NCBI GenBank assembly: GCA_963836205.1
Contig: CAWIIV010000015.1
Span: 1-64,000, forward strand
Length of the DNA stretch: 64,000 nt
DNA from: an uncultured Acidimicrobiia bacterium
Lineage (GTDB): Bacteria > Actinomycetota > Acidimicrobiia > Acidimicrobiales > AC-14
Reading direction: 5' to 3'
Below are positions 11,736-23,981 of the stretch, piece after piece. The notes below the pieces were generated by a model. The model did no database searches. It was not told where the DNA came from and worked only from the letters and a program-made list of their open reading frames with translations. The translations under genes were made by a program, and so were the position numbers. Within the stretch, counting starts at the first letter, position 1. Each line of letters starts with the position of its first letter.

Positions 11736-11888
11736 CCCCCCCGAGGTAGGGGTAGCCGTAGGGCTGTCAGCTCTAGGGAAGTATGCGGTCACCACCATTG
11801 AGGGCAAGTTCGAAAAGGAGGATTCTTTCCTTGACAACAGCCGCCGAGAAAGCGAGGTGGCAACAAAGACAAAGAGGAGAGAATCGAA
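11735..11888 (+). promoter_or_regulatory. Conserved upstream regulatory/leader region, copy 2
   Basis: Same sequence blocks as 8830-8989; SD GAGGAG. Confidence 0.75.
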
Positions 11889-12368
11889 ATGAACAAGAAC
11901 TTGACCATCACGCGTGCATCCCGCCTCGGCCTGGCGGCGGCGGCCGTGGCCGTGGCCGCTGGCAGCATGCTCGGCGCAGGCGTCGCCCCCGCCCACGCCG
12001 GACCGACCCTTGGTTGCATCCCCGCCCCGAGCATCACCATCCACGACGAGGCCGGCTGGGAGCTGAACGGATCCGTCGTCCCCACGGTGAGCCTGTCGAA
12101 GAAGGCCTGCTGGCTGGTGAAGGTGCACTTCGCCACCAACGACGGGACGGCCAAGAAGAGCGCCGGCGACTACCCGGGCACCAGCGGTGACCTGGTCTTC
12201 CAGCCCGGCACCACCCACCTGCAGCTCCCAGTCACGATCTTCGACGACGGCCTGGGCGACTCGGGGGAGACGTTCAGCGTCAACCTCAGCGGCCCCTCGG
12301 GCGCCACCATCGCCGACAGTGTCGGCATCATGACCATCCTGGAAGGCGAGCCGCCCACCCCCGGGTAA
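11889..12368 (+). CDS. Secreted Calx-beta-like protein, copy 2
   Basis: Signal peptide ending APAHA; VKVHFATNDGTA...DY...SGDLVFQPG...VTIFDD...ETFSVNLS.PSGATI. Confidence 0.85.
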   Translation: MNKNLTITRASRLGLAAAAVAVAAGSMLGAGVAPAHAGPTLGCIPAPSITIHDEAGWELNGSVVPTVSLSKKACWLVKVHFATNDGTAKKSAGDYPGTSGDLVFQPGTTHLQLPVTIFDDGLGDSGETFSVNLSGPSGATIADSVGIMTILEGEPPTPG

Positions 12369-12393
12369 CCGTCAACCCAAGAACCGAATACTC

Positions 12394-12438
12394 AAGCCGG
12401 TCGCAGAGACAACAAGGTCTCTCCGACCGGCTTCTTTT
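12394..12438 (+). terminator. Intrinsic terminator (paralog of 9492-9536)
   Basis: AAGCCGGTCG-AGAGAC...GTCTCT-CGACCGGCTT followed by CTTTT. Confidence 0.75.
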
Positions 12439-12560
12439 CGTCGTGACGGACTCATGATCGTCGGCCGCATATCGAGCGTCGTAGGTGAGGGTGACGATGT
12501 CTTTTCCCGGTGGGCGCCCGCTGTAGGCTCGCTGACGTCACCGGAAAGGCGGCGTCGCCC

Positions 12561-13514
12561 ATGAAAGCGTTCATCTACGAGAAGTACGGGCCGCCGGAGA
12601 CGCTTCGGATGACCGACGTCGAGACACCCGCGCCGGTCGCCGGTGAGGTCCTCCTCAGGATCGTGGCCACCTCCGTCAATCCGGCGGACTGGCACTGCAT
12701 GCGGGGCAAGCCCCTCTTCTCGCGCGCCACCCTGGGCTTGCGGCGGCCGAAGCACAGGATCCTCGGGGCCGACGTCGCCGGGCAGGTGGAGGCGGTTGGC
12801 AGCGGCGTCACCCGGTTCAAGCCCGGCGACGAGGTCTATGCCGATCTCTCGGCCCACGGTTTCGGCGGCTTCGCCGAATACGTCTCGGCGCCGATCGAAG
12901 CCATGTCACTCAAGCCCGCAAACCTGTCGTTCGAGGAGGCGGCGGCAGTCCCGCTGGCCGCGGTGACCGCACTCCAGGGCCTCCGCCGCCACGGAGAGGT
13001 GCAGCCGGGGCAGAAGGTGCTGGTCAATGGTGGTTCGGGCGGCGTCGGCACCTTTGCGGTCCAGATCGCCAAGTCGTACGGGGCGGAGGTGACCGCGGTG
13101 ACGAGCACCCGGAACGTCGACCTCGTCCGTTCGCTCGGCGCCGATCACGTCGTCGACTACACGACGACCGACTTCGCCCAAAACGGGCAGCAGTTCGACC
13201 TCATCCTCGACACGGTGGGCAACCGATCGGTGCCGGATCTCAAACGGGCGCTGACCGAGAGTGGCAAGGCCACCATCGTCGGGTTCACCAGCGTGTCGAG
13301 GATGATCGGTGCCTCGCTGCGCGGCGGCAAGGGAATCGCCATGATGTTGGCCCACGCGACGAGCAAGGATCTGGAGTTCCTTGCCGGGCTGATCGAGGCC
13401 GGAAAGGTACGCCCGCAGATCGACCGGCGCTACCCGTTCGCCGAGATCCCCGCCGCCATCGCCTACCTCGAACTGGGCCACGCCCGGGGCAAGGTGGCCG
13501 TAGGGGTGACGTGA
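12561..13514 (+). CDS. Zn-independent MDR-family NAD(P)-dependent oxidoreductase (quinone reductase-like)
   Basis: MKA..YEKYGPPE, SVNPADW, GADVAG, NGGSGGVG, HARGKV. Confidence 0.9.
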   Translation: MKAFIYEKYGPPETLRMTDVETPAPVAGEVLLRIVATSVNPADWHCMRGKPLFSRATLGLRRPKHRILGADVAGQVEAVGSGVTRFKPGDEVYADLSAHGFGGFAEYVSAPIEAMSLKPANLSFEEAAAVPLAAVTALQGLRRHGEVQPGQKVLVNGGSGGVGTFAVQIAKSYGAEVTAVTSTRNVDLVRSLGADHVVDYTTTDFAQNGQQFDLILDTVGNRSVPDLKRALTESGKATIVGFTSVSRMIGASLRGGKGIAMMLAHATSKDLEFLAGLIEAGKVRPQIDRRYPFAEIPAAIAYLELGHARGKVAVGVT

Positions 13515-13747
13515 CGGACCCGCGGGCGTCACGATCCCGGCCGTCGTCGACGCGCACGAACCGGCGGGGGGTTGACTGCCCGGTCCGTAGAACCACCCGG
13601 CCGCGGGCAGCCCCGGCGCCGGCTCGCACGGGCGAGCGGAGCTGTCGGCCAGGCCGGACGGCGGGCGGGGTATCGCCGTCCGGGCCGGACTTCCGCCCCG
13701 CAAGACGCTCACCGGATAGCCCGGAACGCCCGGCGCCGGGGCCGCAG

Positions 13748-14206
13748 TCAGGCGACGGTCACCCCGAAGGGGAATCGAACACCGACGACGCCACCACCGG
13801 TGAATCGGGCGCCGACCGCCACCGCCACCGGGGCGAGGCCGGCCGGCCAGTCCTCGTCGGCCGGCCAGTCGTGGACGGCGGCCAGCCCGGCCGTCGGTGC
13901 CCGGCCGGAGATCGTGAGGTACAGGGCTGAGGTGTCCCGGGGATGCGCCGGCGAGCCGCCGAAGGAGACGCCGCGCCCCGGGTAGTACGCGTCCGACAGG
14001 GCGATGGCCAACACGAATGGCTCGGCGCTCTCCACCCTCACCCCGACGATGGCGGACTCACCCACCGCCAGCTCCGTGGGCAGTGGCGTGAGGAGGGTGA
14101 AGGTGACCTGCGGGGCGGCGGCGGCCGGAACCGGCGGGCCGACGAGGACGAGGCTGCACGCCATCAGACCGGCTGCGAGGAACGAGCGCCTACATCTCAC
14201 GGTCAC
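13748..14206 (-). CDS. Secreted hypothetical protein (possible Tat-like signal RRSFL)
   Basis: SD GAAGGAG before GTG 14206; hydrophobic stretch then PAAAA cleavage-like motif. Confidence 0.6.
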   Translation of the reverse strand: MTVRCRRSFLAAGLMACSLVLVGPPVPAAAAPQVTFTLLTPLPTELAVGESAIVGVRVESAEPFVLAIALSDAYYPGRGVSFGGSPAHPRDTSALYLTISGRAPTAGLAAVHDWPADEDWPAGLAPVAVAVGARFTGGGVVGVRFPFGVTVA

Positions 14207-14309
14207 AAATCTCCTTCTGGGGCGAGATTGAGCGGCTCGGCTCACTTCAATGATCGCGTCCAAACGAGAAATCGGACATCGGATGCGTCCTGACCAGCCG
14301 GACGCCGTT

Positions 14310-14657
14310 CTAGGCCGCGGGCTTGACCTCCACCACGTCGACCAGGGCGGGGAGCGGCGTGACGGTCGAACGGGCGTTCCGCTCGGCTGCCTCATGCCTG
14401 GCCATCTGACGGCTGAGGGGGAGCACACCTCCGAAGAAGACACCGCTCAGGGCGCAGGGCAGGATCGACACCGCCAGGGCGTTGCCCAGACCGGTGCCGG
14501 CCGCGAGGCACATGCCCACGACGAGGAGGTAGACGAGCGGGGTCCCGACGAAGATCCCGAACAGGACGTCGTTTCCCAGTTCCCCATCGGAGACGGCGTC
14601 GCCGCTCGAGAGACTGGAGGCGTGATCGGGCGTCGCGGCGGCGGTGGTGGTCGACAC
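14310..14657 (-). CDS. Small two-TM membrane protein
   Basis: Two hydrophobic segments; SD GAGAGG. Confidence 0.6.
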   Translation of the reverse strand: MSTTTAAATPDHASSLSSGDAVSDGELGNDVLFGIFVGTPLVYLLVVGMCLAAGTGLGNALAVSILPCALSGVFFGGVLPLSRQMARHEAAERNARSTVTPLPALVDVVEVKPAA

Positions 14658-14858
14658 TGGGCAACCTCTCGGTCGAGAGGATTGTCGAGAAGGGCCGCTC
14701 GCATGCGAGACCGCCGGACAACGAACGTCCTCGGGGGAGGCCCAGCGTAGCGGACGCCCGCGGAGGCCCTGGCCTCTCGACCGGTTGAGGCCCGTCGTCC
14801 GAAAACTGGTATTCAGCCAGATTTGGATCTACTCCAGCATGCGGTCTAGGCTCCGAGC

Positions 14859-15290
14859 GTGCCCCCGGAAACACCCGTCGACAACGATGCGGTTCTGCGC
14901 CGGCACGGTCTGCATGTCACAGCCCAGCGTCTGGCGGTCCTGCGGGCGGTGTCCGACCGACCGCACAGCACCGCCGACGACATCTACACAGTCGTGCGGG
15001 CCGAGATCGGGGCCATCTCACGGCAGGCGGTGTACGACGCCCTCGCCGCCCTCACCGACAAGGGCCTCTTCCGGCGCATCCAGCCCGCGGGGTCGTCGAC
15101 CCGCTACGAGAACCGGGTCGGTGACAATCACCACCACCTCATCTGCCGAGCGTGCAGCCGGATGGTCGACGTCGACTGTGCGGTCGGCCACACCCCGTGC
15201 CTGACCGCGGCCGACGACTCCGGCTACGAGATCGACGAAGCCGAGGTCATCTACTGGGGTCGATGTCCCGAATGTCTCGCATCCACCTGA
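14859..15290 (+). CDS. furA: Fur/PerR-family regulator FurA
   Basis: [30 protein letters not shown]; directly upstream of katG; leaderless -10 TAGGCT at 14847-14852. Confidence 0.92.
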   Translation: MPPETPVDNDAVLRRHGLHVTAQRLAVLRAVSDRPHSTADDIYTVVRAEIGAISRQAVYDALAALTDKGLFRRIQPAGSSTRYENRVGDNHHHLICRACSRMVDVDCAVGHTPCLTAADDSGYEIDEAEVIYWGRCPECLAST

Positions 15291-15335
15291 GCCTGGATGC
15301 CGGGGAACCAGCTTTGAGAGCAACGAGCCATGTGA

Positions 15336-17555
<2,220 letters not shown>

Positions 17556-17568
17556 TCGACGGTTTCCC

Positions 17569-17608
17569 GGTCTAGTGGCCGGTTCGACCCCGAACCGGTC
17601 ACCAGACC
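17569..17608 (+). terminator. Stem-loop after katG
   Basis: GGTCTAGTGGCCGGTTCG-ACCC-CGAACCGGTCACCAGACC. Confidence 0.6.
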
Positions 17609-17643
17609 CGCTCGCGTGGGTGCCGACTCCCGAGGATGGGCCT

Positions 17644-18126
17644 ATGACGGGTGACGAGGCCGAGCGTGTACATGTGGTCTTCCCGCTCGACGTCGGCGTC
17701 GACGGATGGCCACCGGTTGGCGGCGAGCGGGTTTGGGCGCACGCGTTGGGCGACGATCGCTACCGACTCGACAACGTCCCGTGGTTCGTTCGAGGGATCG
17801 CCGAAGGCGATGTCGTGCGGGCGGTGTCCCCGGACGGCGACTCCTGGCCGGTCTTCGTCGAGCGGGTGGAATGGGGCGGGAACTGCACCGTCCGCGTGAT
17901 CCCCCTGCGAGCAGGCCCCCTCGATGCCAGTCAGGAGGCCGTTCTCGAAATGTTCGTCGGTCTCGGAGTCACCGGCGAGTGTGCCGGGACCTATCCCATC
18001 GTGGCCCTCACGATCCCACCCGACGCCGACGCCCGGGCCGTGAAGGAACTCCTCCGCCAGGGTGAGGCGGACGGTCGTTGGGAGTACGAGGAAGGCTGCA
18101 TCAGCGATGCCTGGCGAGAGATCTGA
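17644..18126 (+). CDS. DUF4265-like protein
   Basis: ERVWA....YRLDNVPWF..GIAEGDVV...GGNCTVRV...WEYEEG. Confidence 0.75.
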   Translation: MTGDEAERVHVVFPLDVGVDGWPPVGGERVWAHALGDDRYRLDNVPWFVRGIAEGDVVRAVSPDGDSWPVFVERVEWGGNCTVRVIPLRAGPLDASQEAVLEMFVGLGVTGECAGTYPIVALTIPPDADARAVKELLRQGEADGRWEYEEGCISDAWREI

Positions 18127-18129
18127 GGC

Positions 18130-18318
18130 TTAGCCGGACGCAGGACGAGATCGGCGGAAGGTGTGAGGCCGTGGTGGCGTGTCCGACTCGATGATCTGCA
18201 AATCGTCCCCTTCCCGTCCGGACCAGCCCACACCCTTCGTCGCGAACGTGGTCGGCACCTCGGGCGCCAACTCGTCGTTGCGGTTGCCCTCGTCCGTCGG
18301 TCGGTCCTTGTCGGTCAT
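18130..18318 (-). CDS. Small hydrophilic hypothetical protein (62 aa)
   Basis: SD AAGGAGG before ATG 18318; GGGTA sigmaB/F-like boxes further upstream. Confidence 0.45.
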   Translation of the reverse strand: MTDKDRPTDEGNRNDELAPEVPTTFATKGVGWSGREGDDLQIIESDTPPRPHTFRRSRPASG

Positions 18319-18586
18319 GGTTCCCCATCCTCCTTCGCCTGTGCGAGTGCGAGAGCACCGGCGCGACGCGCTGAGCCCTGCATGATTGTCTACCCGTTTG
18401 CCCTGTCCTACCCGCTTTCCTGCGCCCGTCACTCTCGGCGCATCCGATCGGCGTCGCTTCCGGCGTCCCTGATCGGTATCGCACGGTCGTAGGCTCCTGC
18501 CGGTGCTGGCGACCAAGGCTGTCGGGGGGGAGGCTGATCACCACGCTCGCTGACCTGCCCGAGGGGCGTGCGGGGGCGGTGGGCCC

Positions 18587-19165
18587 ATGCTGATCAGCAA
18601 CGCCGAGCTGGAAGCCATCCGCGCCGGACGGGTCGACCTCGCCTTTCGGCGCTGGGACCGACCCCGGCTGCGAGTGGGCACGAAGATGCGCACCGCAATC
18701 GGGCTCGTCGAGGTTACGTCGCTCGACGAAATCGCGCGCGAGGCGATCAACGACGAGGAAGCCCTCCGGGCGGGTGCGACCACTCGCCACGAGCTGCTCG
18801 CCCGGCTGGCCAGCCACCCCGACCGTCCCGTCTATCGGGTCGGCCTGCGCTTCGCCGGAGCCGATCCACGCATCGCGCTCAGGGAGACGACGCACCTCAC
18901 CGAGGATGAGTACTCCCTCCTCGTCGATCGCCTGGACCGGCTCGACCGGGCGTCGCGCCATGGTCCGTGGACGCGGGCGACCCTGGCGATCATCGGCCGC
19001 CGCCCCGGGGTTCGGGCCCCCGAACTGGCACTCGAAATGCTCCGGGAGCCGATGGCCTTCAAGCGGGACGTCCGAAAGCTCAAGGAGCTTGGCCTCACCG
19101 AGTCGCTCGAAACCGGCTACCGCCTCGCCCCCCGAGCCTTGGCCCTGATTCAGCGCCTCGAATGA
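18587..19165 (+). CDS. ASCH-like domain + C-terminal winged-HTH protein
   Basis: AIRAGRVDLAFRRW.RP...G; FKRDVRKLKELGLTESLETGY. Confidence 0.75.
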   Translation: MLISNAELEAIRAGRVDLAFRRWDRPRLRVGTKMRTAIGLVEVTSLDEIAREAINDEEALRAGATTRHELLARLASHPDRPVYRVGLRFAGADPRIALRETTHLTEDEYSLLVDRLDRLDRASRHGPWTRATLAIIGRRPGVRAPELALEMLREPMAFKRDVRKLKELGLTESLETGYRLAPRALALIQRLE

Positions 19166-19266
19166 GAACGCTCGCCCCTCAGCGCTGATCTGGGCGCTGA
19201 GATTCGGCGCCAGGATTGCGCTAAGAATCCCGGCCACAGGTCCGGCGAGGTGATCGGAGCGATCGA

Positions 19267-19767
19267 ATGGGTCTACGAAGGACGTCGTTGGAGTGGTTCG
19301 GCTGGGAGATGTACGAACTGCCGGTCGAGTTCGTGGAGGAGATGACCGACGAGACGAACCTGGCCTATGCCAAGGCGATCATCGTGTGCGCCGCGGGCGA
19401 CGGCGAGATAAGCGAACGGGAGCGAGCGTGGCTGGTCGGCTATCTCATCTCCGCGGGCGACTCCGACGCGGTCGTCGACGAGATCAGGACCTACACCGGC
19501 AGCGACGACCTCCAGGACCTGATCAACAGCTCGGAGTACATGTCACTGACGGCTCGCCCCATGCTCTATGACGCGCTGCGGGCATGCTCGGCGGACGGGG
19601 AGCTCTCGGAGGGGGAGCGAGCTCGGATCGCAGAAGCGGCGTCGCAGCTCGGCGTGCCGGCTGAGGTCGTCGCCGAGCTGGAAGAGATCGTCGAGGAGGA
19701 AGCCAAGCTGCGAAAGCGCCGGCACCAGCTGATCGTCCTGGACACGCTCGCCGCCGCCGGGCGCTGA
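19267..19767 (+). CDS. TerB-like tellurite-resistance family protein
   Basis: Two ADG/GDG-E-x-S-x-x-E motifs (AAGDGEISERE, SADGELSEGE). Confidence 0.75.
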   Translation: MGLRRTSLEWFGWEMYELPVEFVEEMTDETNLAYAKAIIVCAAGDGEISERERAWLVGYLISAGDSDAVVDEIRTYTGSDDLQDLINSSEYMSLTARPMLYDALRACSADGELSEGERARIAEAASQLGVPAEVVAELEEIVEEEAKLRKRRHQLIVLDTLAAAGR

Positions 19768-19860
19768 GGCGTCCTCCGGCTCGGCGCCCCGCCGGGCCGC
19801 GCTCCAGGTCACGCTTCGCGTGAGGGGACCTGAACGGCGCCACCCGAATGTGATTGCGGT

Positions 19861-20826
19861 CTAGTCGCGACGGGCGCGCGCCCGGCGCTTCCCCTCGTGC
19901 ATGGCCTGCACCCGACCACCGGGGATGGTGTGGCCCTCCTCGACGAGCTCCGCCGGAAGAGCCTGGGCGGGCGGCATCCGGTCCGACCACGGGTCCCGGG
20001 ATCCGAGGTGGTCGAGGGCGGTGTGCACGGTGAAATCCCCCGATGTGACGTGGTCGAGATCGTCCCAGGCGATGGGGAAGGAAACGGGGGCACCGGGTCG
20101 CACCCGGGGGCTGTAGGCCGCCACCACCGTCGCCCCGCCTACCCGGGTGGCATCGACGAAGACCTTGTCGCCCCGGTCCTCCTTCATGAACGCGGTCGTC
20201 GCCACTTCGGGATCGAGCGTCGCTGCCCGGGCGGCGATGGCCCGGGTGGCGGCGGCCGCGTCCTCCAGGGACACCTGGTCGTCGATCGGGACGAACACGT
20301 GGACACCCTTGGCCCCGCTCGTCTTGACCGCCCCCTCGAGGCCGGCGTCGGTGAGGGCCTGGCGGACCAGCTTGGCGGCCCGGACGGCCATGGCGAAGGC
20401 GTCGGTGCCGGCAGCCGGCGGGTCGAGGTCGAGGACGAGATGGGTCATGCGATCGGGACGGTCCATCCGTACGAGGGTCGGGTGGTACTCCACCGCCCGC
20501 TGGTTAGCGAACCACAGAAGCGTGCGGCGGTCGTTGCACAACGCGTACGACACGTCCCGCTTCGAGCTCTCCGCCCACATGGTGACAGTCGGGACCCACT
20601 CGGGGGTGTACTTGGGGACGTTCTTCTGCATGAACGCCTCCTGGCCCCGGTGGACCCGGATCACCGACAGCGGACGGTCCTCGAGGACGGGGAGAATCCG
20701 GTCGGCCACCCCATCGAGGTACTCGACCAGATCCCGCTTGGTGGCCCCCGCCCCCTCGAACAACGGCTGGTCGAGGTTGGTCAGCGTCACGCCGTACCTG
20801 GCTTCGCCGCTCTTCGCATCGGCCAT
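19861..20826 (-). CDS. Stand-alone LigD-type primase-polymerase (AEP) domain protein
   Basis: LTNLD, RPLSVIR, LDLDP, KTSGAKGVH, AYSPR.RPGAPVSFP. Confidence 0.88.
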   Translation of the reverse strand: MADAKSGEARYGVTLTNLDQPLFEGAGATKRDLVEYLDGVADRILPVLEDRPLSVIRVHRGQEAFMQKNVPKYTPEWVPTVTMWAESSKRDVSYALCNDRRTLLWFANQRAVEYHPTLVRMDRPDRMTHLVLDLDPPAAGTDAFAMAVRAAKLVRQALTDAGLEGAVKTSGAKGVHVFVPIDDQVSLEDAAAATRAIAARAATLDPEVATTAFMKEDRGDKVFVDATRVGGATVVAAYSPRVRPGAPVSFPIAWDDLDHVTSGDFTVHTALDHLGSRDPWSDRMPPAQALPAELVEEGHTIPGGRVQAMHEGKRRARARRD

Positions 20827-21039
20827 CGGACCCGACGGTACCGGCGGTTACCCCCGCGCGTCTCCCAGATCGTCGGGCGATACGAGGTGCCGGGGTATGC
20901 ACCGGCCGCTCCTCGGCGGCACCAATCTGCCCAGGATGGGTCCGTCGCCGGAGCCTCGAACCGTCGACTCTGAAATGGAAGGAAGCGAGCTTCTCGTGCG
21001 TCCAACCCACTTGCAGGCACTACGGGAGAAGGAGGAACC

Positions 21040-21477
21040 ATGGCGAAATCGACAGTTCCGACGCTCGGCGCCCAAGAGCCGGTCCGTCATCAGTACCGGC
21101 CCGCGGACAGGTTCCCGACGCGGCGATTCCTCATGCTGCTCGCTGCGGTGTGCATGGCTGCGAGCGTCTGGGGAGGAGCGGTGTCGTCGGCATCGGCCGA
21201 GGCGGCTTCGCCGTCTGAGCATTGGGTCGGCGTCATTGAGCAGCACGGGGACCACTTCGACTACGTGGGCCGCGCGTGCCCCGTCGAGGTCGACGTGTGT
21301 GTGGCCATCGAGGCCCGCTACCGGATCATCCCCGTAACCCCTGAGGCAGCGCAAGTGCTTCCGACCGTGGCCGGCGGCACGGCCAGCGTCGAAGGATTCC
21401 TGATCGCCGTCCAAGGCGGCGGGCACGGCGGGTTGCTGATCGCCGAGCGCGTGTCGCCGACGACCGCCGCGGCATAA
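21040..21477 (+). CDS. Secreted hypothetical protein
   Basis: SD AAGGAGG; RRFL + hydrophobic stretch + ASA; CxxxxxxC pair. Confidence 0.6.
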   Translation: MAKSTVPTLGAQEPVRHQYRPADRFPTRRFLMLLAAVCMAASVWGGAVSSASAEAASPSEHWVGVIEQHGDHFDYVGRACPVEVDVCVAIEARYRIIPVTPEAAQVLPTVAGGTASVEGFLIAVQGGGHGGLLIAERVSPTTAAA

Positions 21478-21892
21478 CTCCCATCTGTCGCACGGCAGGG
21501 GAGTGTTCGCCCAAATCCGACGTCGGACATGCAAAACTGGTCGTCGCGCTGGCGAGCGCCTGGTCGAAACGGCGAACGACGAGACACAACGCAGGCGTCG
21601 ACGACGACGTTGAGCCGGCCGCCACGGTGCTCGCGACGACGTCGTCGTTGACGCTGTCCACTATCCCCGGCTCGCCCGCCGGCCTGGGCGCCGTGGACTG
21701 GCCGAGGGTGATCGACGCTCTCGACTGCAACCCGAAAACGCCGGCGTCGAGGTCGTCCGCAGATCTGCGGCGGACGTCTGTACGTTCCAGGCCGGTGTGA
21801 TGCGACAGGAAAGCGCAGTGAAGACGACAAGAGCGTGACAGTCGTCGTCAGCCGGGACCGCCACGTCCCGCGGGAGCGATATGCTGATCTGT

Positions 21893-22132
21893 ATGCGGAC
21901 AACCATCAATCTGCCTGATGCTCTTGCCCAAGCGGCGAAGGCGAAGGCGGCGGCCGAGGGACGGACGTTCACCAGCCTGGTCGAAGAAGGGCTGAGAGCG
22001 GTTCTCGCCGCAGAGCCGACGACCGCTCCGATCACGCTCCCGGCGTACGGCACGCGTGGTGGCAAGGTCCTCATCGATATCGCCGACCGGGAAGCACTCT
22101 GGGCGGCGCTTGACGCTGATGGCGCGCCTTGA
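21893..22132 (+). CDS. vapB: VapB-type RHH antitoxin
   Basis: MRTTINLPD.L...AK..A...GRT..SLVEEGLR; -10 TATGCT 7 nt upstream (leaderless). Confidence 0.85.
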   Translation: MRTTINLPDALAQAAKAKAAAEGRTFTSLVEEGLRAVLAAEPTTAPITLPAYGTRGGKVLIDIADREALWAALDADGAP

Positions 22133-22569
22133 TCGTCTTGCCTGACGTCAACGTCCTCGTCTACGCCTTCCGCCGAGAGTCGTCACTCCACGAACGGTAT
22201 GCCGCGTGGCTCGCCGATCTGTTGAGTGGCGCGGACGAGGTAGGCATCACCGAAGGCTCGCTCACTGGTTTCCTCCGCATCGTCACCAACCCACGCATCT
22301 ACGCCGACCCGGCGCCGACGTCCGGCGCGCTGATGTTCGTCGATGCAGTACGTCTCGCCCCACGACGGAGGTGGGTCGGCGTAACCGATGCGGTTTGGAC
22401 GACCTTTTCGGCGCTGGTCAACTCCGATCCGCAGGTCCGGGGCAACCTCCTGCCGGACGCATGGCTGGCTGCCCTCGCCCTCGCTCACGGGTGCTGCCTC
22501 GCCACGGCGGATCGCGGCTTCGCTCGCTTCGATGGCCTCGACTGGTTCGATCCGGCGCGGCCTCGATGA
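22129..22569 (+). CDS. vapC: VapC PIN-domain ribonuclease toxin
   Basis: PDVNVLVYA, GNLLPDAWLAALA, TADRGFARF; TTGA overlap with the antitoxin. Confidence 0.92.
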   Translation: MIVLPDVNVLVYAFRRESSLHERYAAWLADLLSGADEVGITEGSLTGFLRIVTNPRIYADPAPTSGALMFVDAVRLAPRRRWVGVTDAVWTTFSALVNSDPQVRGNLLPDAWLAALALAHGCCLATADRGFARFDGLDWFDPARPR

Positions 22570-22730
22570 CCTGGCAGTGCCTCCAGCCGTCGCGACGGTC
22601 GAGGTGTCACCTCACCGCTGCCGCTCTTCCACGCGAGGCGACAGGCACTCACGCTGCGGATGCCCAGCGGTCGATTCTGCGGACGAGGCTCGTTACCGCT
22701 CACGTCGCCTGACAGAGAGGGCGGCGGTTC

Positions 22731-23537
22731 TCATCGTCCGCCGTAGTCGTCCTCCGCCGCGCCGGTCGTGGGCGGGTGCCACTCAAGGTCGGGCTTCTGG
22801 AGCCGCACCATTTCCTCCAGCTGCTGGAGCGCGGGCGACGGATCGATACCGAGCACCCCCGCCAGATTGGCCCGCAACCGGCCGAAGGCGCGCAGCGCCT
22901 CGGCCTGGCGGTCGGAGCGGTAGAGGGCCAGCATCAGTTGGGCCCAGAGCGGCTCCCGGAGCGGGTAGGAGTCGGCCATCCGCCGGAGCTCATCCACCAC
23001 CGTGGAGTGATGGCCCAGGACCAGCTCGGCCTCGATCCAGTCCTCGACCGCCGCCTGCCGTAGTTCCCGCAGCCGGGTCGCCGCGTCATGAACGAACACC
23101 TGGCCCGCGAAATCGGCGAGCGCGTCGCCCCGCCACAGGCCGAGCGCGCTTCCCAGATGGACCGCCGCCTCCCCCGGCCACCCCACCGCCATTGCGATCC
23201 GGCCGGCCTCGACCAGCCGCTCGAACACGGCCGCGTCGAGCTCGTCGTCACCGACATGGAGGACGTAGCCCGGCTCGCGCTCCTCGAGCACCGCCTGGGC
23301 GTTGCGTCCGCAGCGGGCCAGCACCTGGCGGAGGAGGGAGACCTGGACCTGCACCGCCGCCGCCGGGTCGGCCGGGAGGTTGCCGGGCCACAGGACCGCG
23401 ACGATCCGGTCGGCCGCGACAACCTGGTTGGCGTGCACCAGGAGCAGCGCCAGGAGCGCCCGCTGCTGGGCCCGTCCGAGGTCGAGGAGGCAGTCGTCGT
23501 GAACAACCTCAAGGGTCCCGAGGACGAGGAACTGCAC
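22731..23537 (-). CDS. SARP/AfsR-family regulator (winged HTH + BTAD)
   Basis: LGTLEV, QRALLALL, LDAAVFE, ALGLWRG, PLRE.LW..LMLALYR, LGIDPS; -10 TAGACT 6 nt before GTG. Confidence 0.92.
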   Translation of the reverse strand: MQFLVLGTLEVVHDDCLLDLGRAQQRALLALLLVHANQVVAADRIVAVLWPGNLPADPAAAVQVQVSLLRQVLARCGRNAQAVLEEREPGYVLHVGDDELDAAVFERLVEAGRIAMAVGWPGEAAVHLGSALGLWRGDALADFAGQVFVHDAATRLRELRQAAVEDWIEAELVLGHHSTVVDELRRMADSYPLREPLWAQLMLALYRSDRQAEALRAFGRLRANLAGVLGIDPSPALQQLEEMVRLQKPDLEWHPPTTGAAEDDYGGR

Positions 23538-23981
23538 CGAGGAAGTCTAGGACGCGCTGATCTGACGGCACCCGGCAGGAGACCATCCAAGAAGCCCTGA
23601 CGGGCATTGCTGCGTTTGCCGTACTTTACATAACCAGGATTATGGGCGGCAGGGCGGCGCCGTGTCAGTGAAGTGCGCACACCCGGTGAACAGGGTCACG
23701 GATCTGTCACTGGAAACGACATGAACGTGTCAGCCAGACGGCGTCATTCCGGTGTCAGTGATCGCGACGAGGGCGTAGTCCTCGGCAGGTGGCGGCAGTC
23801 CGATCGAAATGGGTCCCGACAGAGGCGGTCGTACCCGCTCCACGTGACGTCTCTGCCCGGAGCCCGCAGTCGGGGGTGCCGGTGGGTACTCTCCACGGAT
23901 TCCGTAGCCGCGGGTCGAGCCCATATTTTGGGGCCGGGCGTGCGTCCGACCGCGCCAGGGCGGGGGGAGTTCGACGGCCGG

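Noticed and set aside
22731-23537. SARP as the pathway regulator of the radical SAM cluster
   Set aside because: About 26 kb away with unrelated genes between; no SARP heptamer repeats noticed in the cluster's promoter gaps
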